64,000 nucleotides of DNA from a virus. Lineage: Duplodnaviria; Caudoviricetes. The notes under the pieces are model-generated. The model was not told where the DNA came from and ran no database searches. It was given only the letters and a program-made list of their open reading frames with translations. A program made the translations under genes and the position numbers. The stretch covers positions 96,001-160,000 of IMG/VR virus record IMGVR_UViG_3300020471_000006; one strand, written 5' to 3'. Shown one piece after another: positions 29,427-37,263 of this stretch (within the stretch, counting starts at the first letter, position 1; every line of letters starts with the position of its first letter).

Positions 29427-30815
29427 ATGGCACTCTTAGTCACCGACAACGGCGAAATTGATTCTCTAAGGAATCTGCTGAATTATTCACAGAATATCCC
29501 TAGGAACCTTATTCTTAAGTTGTTCACTACAGATACATATCCTGCTGAGAGTGATACTCCCTCTCAAACAAGATATTTCGAACCATATACCGATAACAAT
29601 ACTAACGGTTACGGTTCAGGACCTACTACAGGTTATCCTGGAATCATTAACAATAGAACTGATCAGGATTATGCACAGCAATATGGTATCTTACTGAACG
29701 GTAACCGTTGGGGAATCGAGACTGAACCAACTGCTGTTACAACAACTAATGGTGATGGTACATCTGGAACATACCTAGTTACGGTTGCTTCTAACACAGG
29801 TATTAAAAAGGGTGACTATGTTACTGGTGGATCTGTCGGCACTGGTGCATATGTTGTTGACATTGATGGTACTACACTTAACCTAAGTGTTAAGAACACT
29901 GGTAACTTCACTGCACAACCATTGAGTTTTGGTAGAGGTAGAACAACTGCTTCTTATCCTGAGCAAACATTCACCTTTGATGGTCCTGCTGGTAACGTAT
30001 ACGGTTATTTCCTCTCACGTGCTAACAACATGCCTACAACCATTCATGGTGTGGCTGATGCTGGTACTGCTGCTGCTGGAACACAGATTTCTAAGTCTGG
30101 TGTAAGGGGAACTATCGGTAACAACTATATTACTCTTGCTGCTGTTGCTGCAACTACTGCTTCTACTGGTACTGCTGGTGAGTTCGAAGTTGTTGTTACA
30201 TCTACAACTGGAATTGCTGTTAATCAGCGTGTTACAGGAACTAACGTTGCTCAGGGAGCACGTGTTACTGGAATCGTTGGTACTACAGTTTATCTAAGTA
30301 AGGCAAACGGTGGTGCTGTTAGTGGCGACTTGGTATTCCAAGCAAACGTTGCTGAGGATCTTGCTCTTGGAATGAGAGTTTCTCAGACAACTACACCTAA
30401 CGGTATCGATGCTGCTACAGTTATTACTGGTATCGACTACGAAACAGACGATGCAGATGGAACAGTAACTGTATTCCTCAATAACGTTCTTATTGAGAAC
30501 ATTCAGACTTCTAACGGTAATGACGTTGTTAAGTTTGACTTCAGTAAAGTAACTGCTACAGGTCATGGTCTAGAACCAGGCGACGCAGTTTATATCGATC
30601 AGGGAACAGGTAACACCACAACTACTGCTGGTACTTACATTGTATTTGAGACACCTGATGCAAACACCTTCACGACTACTAAAGCACTTGATGGTACAGG
30701 TTCTGTGACACTCTATGATGCGATATTCTTCGCTGAAAGGTTCACAAATGGTCCTTACGCTATTCAAAACGCTGGTGACCAGATCAAAGTAACTCTGAAC
30801 GTCAGCCTAGACTGA
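29427..30815 (+). CDS. Virion structural protein (probably highly expressed)
   Basis: Own double late promoter, SD GAGG and downstream terminator; Thr/Gly-rich; YPEQTFTF...VYGYF and AERFTNGPYAIQNAGDQIKVT motifs. Confidence 0.8.
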   Translation: MALLVTDNGEIDSLRNLLNYSQNIPRNLILKLFTTDTYPAESDTPSQTRYFEPYTDNNTNGYGSGPTTGYPGIINNRTDQDYAQQYGILLNGNRWGIETEPTAVTTTNGDGTSGTYLVTVASNTGIKKGDYVTGGSVGTGAYVVDIDGTTLNLSVKNTGNFTAQPLSFGRGRTTASYPEQTFTFDGPAGNVYGYFLSRANNMPTTIHGVADAGTAAAGTQISKSGVRGTIGNNYITLAAVAATTASTGTAGEFEVVVTSTTGIAVNQRVTGTNVAQGARVTGIVGTTVYLSKANGGAVSGDLVFQANVAEDLALGMRVSQTTTPNGIDAATVITGIDYETDDADGTVTVFLNNVLIENIQTSNGNDVVKFDFSKVTATGHGLEPGDAVYIDQGTGNTTTTAGTYIVFETPDANTFTTTKALDGTGSVTLYDAIFFAERFTNGPYAIQNAGDQIKVTLNVSLD

Positions 30816-30845
30816 TTAATTCAATTGATTTCATTATTATGTGTG

Positions 30846-30873
30846 AGGGGATTCAGTACTGGATCCCCTTTTT
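30846..30873 (+). terminator. Rho-independent terminator
   Basis: AGGGGATTCA-gtac-TGGATCCCCT stem (one G-U pair) followed by a T run. Confidence 0.8.
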
Positions 30874-30890
30874 ATTTTAGTGGAGGGTAA

Positions 30891-33800
30891 ATGGCAACGC
30901 ACATCTATACAACTGGTATAGACGGACCTTATGGGTCTAGTTTTGCGTTGCGTATTTTTAGTGGCGAGAGACATTCATATTCATGGAATCCTTCATGTGT
31001 TGAGGAGTTTATACAACTCGACTACGGTTTAAATTCATTAGCATTAACACCCACAACCATCATAGATGGTGGATCTATCAACGACGTAGAAGCTGTCGAA
31101 GTAGATGATTGGGGTAGAATAATTTACACAGATACTGTCCGACCTTACGGTTTTGTTAGACCGAAGACTGCTACAACGTGGACAGTTCTACATGCATGGG
31201 TTGGTACAGGTACTGTCTTTGAGATGGTCGGTAGTTACTATCGTCTGTCTGCTCCTTGGATCGTTCAAGGTACGGTACGAGTATCAGGTAGTGCGGTTAC
31301 ACACTGGGTTCCAGACCTCGAATTCGACGGGCTGTTTGGGATCCAGTCCCTCACAACGGAAGCTTTCTCTAAGAAAGAATCTGGTGAAGGTGAACTGTAC
31401 AAGCTTGGTGCTGGTGCAGTTACTAGAAGTATTTCAATTGAGTCCAAAGGACTATTCAGATTCAAGAGTAACGCAGGGGTTTCCTTTAGACCTAACTGGG
31501 TGGGATCAGGTACAGCCCAGATTTCTGGAGAAGTCTCAGGTATTAAGCGTACATTTGGATTTGAGGGTTCAGGTACTCTACCTAATATTAGTAGCGAAGA
31601 TAACAGAAGAACATACGCATATAATAATTCTGCTGTTGTTCCATTCGAATATGAGGACTACGGAACGATTCCGATACAGTCCTATCAAATCATTACTACA
31701 AACCAAGTACTGTCAGGTGTAAGTACTGGTTCTGTAGTACAAATTAATCCTACAATAACTGCAACTGTAGATCCTAGTGGATATCAGATTGCACCTCATT
31801 CGGGTACGTTTACAAACTCGATTGAACATGCTCCAGTGTCTGTTGGTAAGACAACCAACCTTGACTGGGGTCTTCTTAGTATCACTGGTACTCTATATCC
31901 ATACGGTCTCGGTCAAGTCAAGGGTACTGCTAAAGTTAACTTTGTACCTAATTGGATTGGTACTGGTGAAGTTAAAGTATTTGGTAAAGGTAGAGGAAGA
32001 ACCAAACCGAAATGGATTGGATTCGTCAGGAATCTTGTTACTGGTACTCTTGCAGAGAGAACTACTGTCACTGAGATTGGATCTGGTGTACTATTCAACT
32101 TCTCTAGAGCAGACGAGGCATTTACCTTTACCTATGAAGGTTCTGGTAATCTATACAAAATTGGTGGTGGTGAAGAAAGTGTCACTACAGACTACGTTGG
32201 TACTGGTACTCTCGCTCAACTTCAATCTAACGTTAAGGTCAACTTCGTACCTAACTGGAGAGGTTCTGGTGTTGTTGATGTCACAGGTGAAGTCTCCAAC
32301 GTTAAGAGATCATTTGGTGAGCAACCATTTGGTGTCATTCCAGTCTTCACTGGAGATGCATATGCTGAGAGAGTTACTTGGGATTACAACGATAGTTCTA
32401 TCTTACCATTTGGTTATGAAGACTTCGGTCCATTACCAGGAACTGCTACTGTCGAGGAGATCAATACAAATACGATCCTCTCAGGTACATCTACAGGATC
32501 TGTTGTAAGAATCAATGTTGGTGTTGTTGCGGTAGTAGATCCAGACTACACAATCTCACTTGTATCTAACTTCACACCAGGTGCAACCTTTGATTATGGT
32601 CTGGTTTCTGAAGGGTTCAATGGACCTATTGATTGGGGATATATTGCCCAGACAATCTGGAATTATCCTTTTGGTGGTTTCCAATATACCAGCAATACAC
32701 ATACATCACAAACCAAAGGATTTGTTGCAGAGAAGACATTCGATGCATCGATCAAGATTCGTTCTGCAACGTGGGTACGTATTAACCCACAGTGGGAAGG
32801 ATTTATTCCGATTGATGTTACTGGTGCTGCTACTTACAGTGTTACTAGACCATACACAGGTGAAGGTCGTGCATTCAGTATTGTATACGCTGAAGCTTCA
32901 CGTGTATTTGATTACGTTGGTGAAGGTCAGATCTACAAGATTGGTGGTGCAGTTGAATCTGTATCCTTCAACCCAGATGAGAAACAGGCTCTATTCCCAA
33001 TCAGGGGTGTTGCTGACGTTAGATTCGCACCTAACTGGAATGCCTTTGGTACTCTATGGGCATCTTATGGAACAGCAGAACCTGTACTTAGATCCTTTGC
33101 TTATGAAGGCACAGGTGTTCTACCTACTCTTGTTGGTACAGAGAATAGAAGAACTTACTCTTACAATGATTCTTCTGAGAATCTATATCAGTACAGAGAT
33201 TATGCAAGTCTACCTGGTGTCGGTACTATCACCGAGATCACACCAAGTCAGAGTATCTCTGGTACATCACCAACTTCTATTATCAGAATTGGTCTCAATG
33301 GTGTTGTTGCAAACATACCTCTTGGTCAGACATACGAGATCGATCCTTGGCTCACCACTGGAGCAACAACAGTCCACGACTGTGGATTTATCACCGATCC
33401 TGGTGCAACGGTAAGAGAGGATTATGGATTCACATCCACAATCAGTTCTATCAGAACAAAAGTTTCCGAATACCCATTTGGAAAACTTGTCAGTTTTGTT
33501 TCTCTATCAGCACCTTCACAGACCAAGATCTTCATATCGGATCCGATTCCTTGGGAACATGCGATCAAGATTCGTTCCGATGCAGCAGTTCGTGTACCAC
33601 CTCAGTGGGTTACCAACGATCCAACACTTTGGACTTGGAGTGGTGCAGCAGAATGTACAGTATCTGTTCCTCCAACAACACCACCATTATTCAAGTTTGC
33701 TGGTGGTTACACAGATCTCAAGTTCATCACAGCAGAAGAAGGTTCTGCTCATATGGAACTATCTGGTACTTGTCAAGAGGCAGTTGTATCAGACAACTAC

Positions 33801-36344
33801 AGATTCGTTACTATCGACGTTTCTGGAAACGCAGCAGAGAACTTCAGTCTCCACTTCCATGGATCTGGAAATCTATATTCTATTGGTCGCAGTGCAGAAG
33901 CGATTACAATCGACATACCTGCATTCCAAGCAGATCTTACATTTGGTGGATTCGGAAGTCAGAGATTTACTGTTGCAGAACAGTTTACTGTCGATATCGA
34001 TCTTTCTGGTACTGCAATCGAAAGACAGACAGACGATTGGGTTGGTCAATCTCATACAGAGATATTCAACGTTTCTGTTGTACCACTTATTACGAAGCAT
34101 TGGACTGGCGAAGGTCGGATCTTCAACTTCAGTGGTGCAGTCGAAGCGGTTACATTCAACCCACTCGAACTTGGAGCACTATTCGACTTTACAGGTCGTC
34201 TCGACGAGAGTCGTGCAATTGCTATTGCTGGTCTGGTTCACACAGAAGTACGTGGAACAGCAAGTCCTGCAAAACTTACATTCGCAGAGCAACTATTTGG
34301 TCGTACAGAAGTATACGGTCAAGCAGATCTTCTCAGGACACACGCTTACACAGGCGATGGTCAGGTCTTCTCTGTTGGTGGTGCAGCAGAATCTATTACT
34401 CTCAAACTTCCAGAGTTTACAGCAGACGCAGTTCTCAAGGGTGCTGTCAAACAGAGCTTCACCTTTGGTGGTATTATTGGATCTGGTGTCTTCACAGTCT
34501 TTGGAGAGATTGCAGATCCACTACTTACATTCGCAGAACAACCACTCGGAGACATCTACGTCAGTGGTATTGCAGATGTTGTCAACGTCGATATTCACTT
34601 TGGTGTTGGTGGACTGTTCTCTATTGGTGCAGCAGACGAAGCAATCACAGTCAAGATACCTGCATTCACAGCAGATATCCAGTTTGGTACAGAGTTTGCA
34701 GATATTCGTGCCACATACAGAGAGATTGGTCAAGCAGAAATTCTCTTCAGTGGAGAAGTTTCAGAACCAATCCTCACATTTGCAGAGCAACCAAGAATCG
34801 AAGTCGATATATTTGGTGCTTCTACATCTTCCAGATCCCACGTATGGGTTGGCGAAGGTCGTATATTTGCTATCAGTGGTGCAGCAGAGAGTGTCACATT
34901 TGTCTTGCCAGAATTCCAGGCAGACATGGTGTTCAAAGGGTTTGGTTCATTCAAACAAACCTTCAGCGAAAGATTCACAATCGAATCCAAACTGTCTGGT
35001 GCAGCAAGTATCAAGTACATTCCAAACTGGATTGGTTCTGGTACTGCAACAGTCGATGTTACATCTACATTCTCTCGTACCAAAATCTTTATTGGAGAAG
35101 GACGCATCTTCAATATCAGTGGTGCATCCGAAAGTGTTACCTTCAATCCAGAAGAGAGACAGTTACTATTCTCTATTGGTGGCACAAGGGCAACAGAAAA
35201 TGTTGTATGGAGTCCAGACGAAGTACCAGTATTCGTCGATATTACTGGAAAGGCATTCGAGAGATTCACACCAAACAATATTGGTTCTGGTACTATCTAC
35301 GTCGATGTCGATACATCCGAACGTATTACAAAGGACTTTGTTGGAGAAGGACGTATCTTCAACATCAGTGGTGCTTCAGAGAGTTTCACTGTCAACCCAG
35401 ACGAGACTACTGCACTATTCTCTATTGGTGGTGTTTCAAGTCAGGTTGTTGTCAGAAGAGAGATTGTATTTGGTACACTCTTTGCATTCTCTGGTGCTTC
35501 AGAAAGTGTTGGAGTCGCACCACTTGCAGACGGTCTCTTTACATTCAAGGGTCGTGCAGAGGAAGCAACAACATACGCAGAAGTTGGATTCGGAGATCTA
35601 TTCAACTTTGTTAGCAGTATTGAGCGTCGCACATTTGACTGGACTTCTCAAATCGATCTTGGTGTTTCTGGTATTGCAGACGAGAAACATACAGAAGCAT
35701 ACTCAGGATTTGGAAATCTATACAACTTCTCTGGTGCAGCAGAGACAATTACATTCTCTCCAGAACTTTATGGAGTTGTACATGTATTTGGTGTTGCCGA
35801 TACTCCAAGAACAAGAGTTACAGTTGGAACTGGATCATTCTTCACATGGAACAATGCATCCGAATCCAGAACAATTGCAGTCGAGAATGTTGCAATCTTC
35901 GACTTCTTGGGTGTTGCAAGACAGGCAGTTGTCAGAAACATTGTTACAGATGTCACTGTCGAGGTCAGAGGATCAGGTGCAGAATCCTTTACAAGGAAAG
36001 GATATGTTGGAGAAGGTTCCGCACAATTCTCTGGAGAATCTACTTCCAGTATCACAAGGATCGAAGAGGGTACAGGAAGAATCGATGTCTTCGAAGAGGA
36101 CAATATTCCTCTTATCGTCAAGACATTTACTGGTTCAGGTCGCATACCTTCTGTCTCAAATGCAGGAGTCCTCCGTACCTTCAGTTACGATGGACATTGC
36201 CCAATTGAGATTGATATTACAACCAAGGTTATTGCACCTTATCAGAGATTTGTATCTGAAGGTGGAGTTATTCTACATGTTGGTGATGCTGAGACAAGAC
36301 GCATACAAGTTGCACCACCAAGATCTTATGGATGGATCATATAA
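30891..36344 (+). CDS. Large repeat-rich virion structural protein (1817 aa)
   Basis: SD GGAGG; many W.G.G...V.G and GEGRIFNISGASES.TFNP / FAEQP repeats; late gene context. Confidence 0.85.
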   Translation: MATHIYTTGIDGPYGSSFALRIFSGERHSYSWNPSCVEEFIQLDYGLNSLALTPTTIIDGGSINDVEAVEVDDWGRIIYTDTVRPYGFVRPKTATTWTVLHAWVGTGTVFEMVGSYYRLSAPWIVQGTVRVSGSAVTHWVPDLEFDGLFGIQSLTTEAFSKKESGEGELYKLGAGAVTRSISIESKGLFRFKSNAGVSFRPNWVGSGTAQISGEVSGIKRTFGFEGSGTLPNISSEDNRRTYAYNNSAVVPFEYEDYGTIPIQSYQIITTNQVLSGVSTGSVVQINPTITATVDPSGYQIAPHSGTFTNSIEHAPVSVGKTTNLDWGLLSITGTLYPYGLGQVKGTAKVNFVPNWIGTGEVKVFGKGRGRTKPKWIGFVRNLVTGTLAERTTVTEIGSGVLFNFSRADEAFTFTYEGSGNLYKIGGGEESVTTDYVGTGTLAQLQSNVKVNFVPNWRGSGVVDVTGEVSNVKRSFGEQPFGVIPVFTGDAYAERVTWDYNDSSILPFGYEDFGPLPGTATVEEINTNTILSGTSTGSVVRINVGVVAVVDPDYTISLVSNFTPGATFDYGLVSEGFNGPIDWGYIAQTIWNYPFGGFQYTSNTHTSQTKGFVAEKTFDASIKIRSATWVRINPQWEGFIPIDVTGAATYSVTRPYTGEGRAFSIVYAEASRVFDYVGEGQIYKIGGAVESVSFNPDEKQALFPIRGVADVRFAPNWNAFGTLWASYGTAEPVLRSFAYEGTGVLPTLVGTENRRTYSYNDSSENLYQYRDYASLPGVGTITEITPSQSISGTSPTSIIRIGLNGVVANIPLGQTYEIDPWLTTGATTVHDCGFITDPGATVREDYGFTSTISSIRTKVSEYPFGKLVSFVSLSAPSQTKIFISDPIPWEHAIKIRSDAAVRVPPQWVTNDPTLWTWSGAAECTVSVPPTTPPLFKFAGGYTDLKFITAEEGSAHMELSGTCQEAVVSDNYRFVTIDVSGNAAENFSLHFHGSGNLYSIGRSAEAITIDIPAFQADLTFGGFGSQRFTVAEQFTVDIDLSGTAIERQTDDWVGQSHTEIFNVSVVPLITKHWTGEGRIFNFSGAVEAVTFNPLELGALFDFTGRLDESRAIAIAGLVHTEVRGTASPAKLTFAEQLFGRTEVYGQADLLRTHAYTGDGQVFSVGGAAESITLKLPEFTADAVLKGAVKQSFTFGGIIGSGVFTVFGEIADPLLTFAEQPLGDIYVSGIADVVNVDIHFGVGGLFSIGAADEAITVKIPAFTADIQFGTEFADIRATYREIGQAEILFSGEVSEPILTFAEQPRIEVDIFGASTSSRSHVWVGEGRIFAISGAAESVTFVLPEFQADMVFKGFGSFKQTFSERFTIESKLSGAASIKYIPNWIGSGTATVDVTSTFSRTKIFIGEGRIFNISGASESVTFNPEERQLLFSIGGTRATENVVWSPDEVPVFVDITGKAFERFTPNNIGSGTIYVDVDTSERITKDFVGEGRIFNISGASESFTVNPDETTALFSIGGVSSQVVVRREIVFGTLFAFSGASESVGVAPLADGLFTFKGRAEEATTYAEVGFGDLFNFVSSIERRTFDWTSQIDLGVSGIADEKHTEAYSGFGNLYNFSGAAETITFSPELYGVVHVFGVADTPRTRVTVGTGSFFTWNNASESRTIAVENVAIFDFLGVARQAVVRNIVTDVTVEVRGSGAESFTRKGYVGEGSAQFSGESTSSITRIEEGTGRIDVFEEDNIPLIVKTFTGSGRIPSVSNAGVLRTFSYDGHCPIEIDITTKVIAPYQRFVSEGGVILHVGDAETRRIQVAPPRSYGWII
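33415..35611 (+). other. Region with all three + strand reading frames open (stop-triplet desert)
   Basis: Main frame plus ORFs 33347-35614 (+2) and 33424-36360 (+1) overlap; no TAA/TAG/TGA between 33415 and 35611. Confidence 0.9.
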
Positions 36345-36345
36345 G

Positions 36346-36363
36346 ATAAATATAACATAAATA
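36346..36363 (+). promoter_or_regulatory. Two late promoter variants (ATAAATA x2)
   Basis: ATAAATA at 36346-36352 and 36357-36363, upstream of ATG 36387. Confidence 0.65.
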
Positions 36364-36386
36364 TACTTGGTATCGAATAATCACTG

Positions 36387-36848
36387 ATGACAACTCAGGT
36401 TCAATTCCGAAGAGGTACTACAGCTGAGCATGCTCTCTTCACTGGGGCGCAGGGTGAACTGACGATTGATACTGACAAGAACATGGCCGTCATTCATGAC
36501 GGAACCACTACTGGTGGATTTGACGTTTTTAGGGCTAGATGGGAATATATCAATTCAAATCAAACTCTTGGAACAAGCCTTCGTTATTTGGTGGACTCTT
36601 CAAATGGTCCAATATCGTTAACCCTTCCGCTTTACAATAATCAATTAGTTCCCAAATCTGGGGATGTAATAGAGTTTATTGACGTAAAGTTTAGTTGGGA
36701 TATAAATAATGTTACTCTGACGGACCCTATCGGACGACAATTCCAGAATACATTTGGAGTTATATCATCACCTCTGGTGTTTGATGTCAAAGGAGCAAGT
36801 GTCCAACTTATTTGGGAAGGAGTTTACTGGAGGGTAATAGTCCAATGA
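36387..36848 (+). CDS. Virion/tail protein with Mtd-N-like N-terminus and gp9/10-like beta domain
   Basis: QVQFRRGTTAEH..FTGAQGELTIDTDK...IHDG.T.GG, then YLVDSSNGPISLTLP...GDVIEFID. Confidence 0.75.
   Translation: MTTQVQFRRGTTAEHALFTGAQGELTIDTDKNMAVIHDGTTTGGFDVFRARWEYINSNQTLGTSLRYLVDSSNGPISLTLPLYNNQLVPKSGDVIEFIDVKFSWDINNVTLTDPIGRQFQNTFGVISSPLVFDVKGASVQLIWEGVYWRVIVQ
36701..36708 (+). promoter_or_regulatory. Gene-internal consensus late promoter
   Basis: TATAAATA inside 36387-36848, about 140 nt upstream of the next gene. Confidence 0.5.
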
Positions 36849-37252
36849 CGATGTACATCAGCGATAGTTTTAGAGGCGGTGGCACTAGCTCAGGCGGTGG
36901 CGGCGGTACAGGCTTTGCTAGTAACAACTACGATCTTGGTAACGATTTTACTATCCACGCCTTAAGCAGAGATGCAGATGGCATGCTCAACTATACCAAA
37001 ATAAGAAGTATTGATGATGATGTAGTAACTTTCCATCGTAAAGATGGAACTCCATACCTAGATATTGCAACTGGTATGACTGATTATGTAGAAGAGACTA
37101 CAGAAGAAAAGTCATATACTAATCATCCACAAGATGAATATCAGCAGTATAGATTTGATAGTAGAAAAGTAACCTACTTTATAGATGATGACGGATATTT
37201 CAATGTTCGTTTTAATGAATCTTACGATTATACAACCGAGGGACCTAAGTAA
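36845..37252 (+). CDS. Hypothetical virion-region protein with Gly linker
   Basis: ATGA overlap gives start 36845 (MTMYISDSFRGGGTSSGGGGG...) rather than 36812. Confidence 0.75.
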   Translation: MTMYISDSFRGGGTSSGGGGGTGFASNNYDLGNDFTIHALSRDADGMLNYTKIRSIDDDVVTFHRKDGTPYLDIATGMTDYVEETTEEKSYTNHPQDEYQQYRFDSRKVTYFIDDDGYFNVRFNESYDYTTEGPK

Positions 37253-37263
37253 AGGAAAAACAA

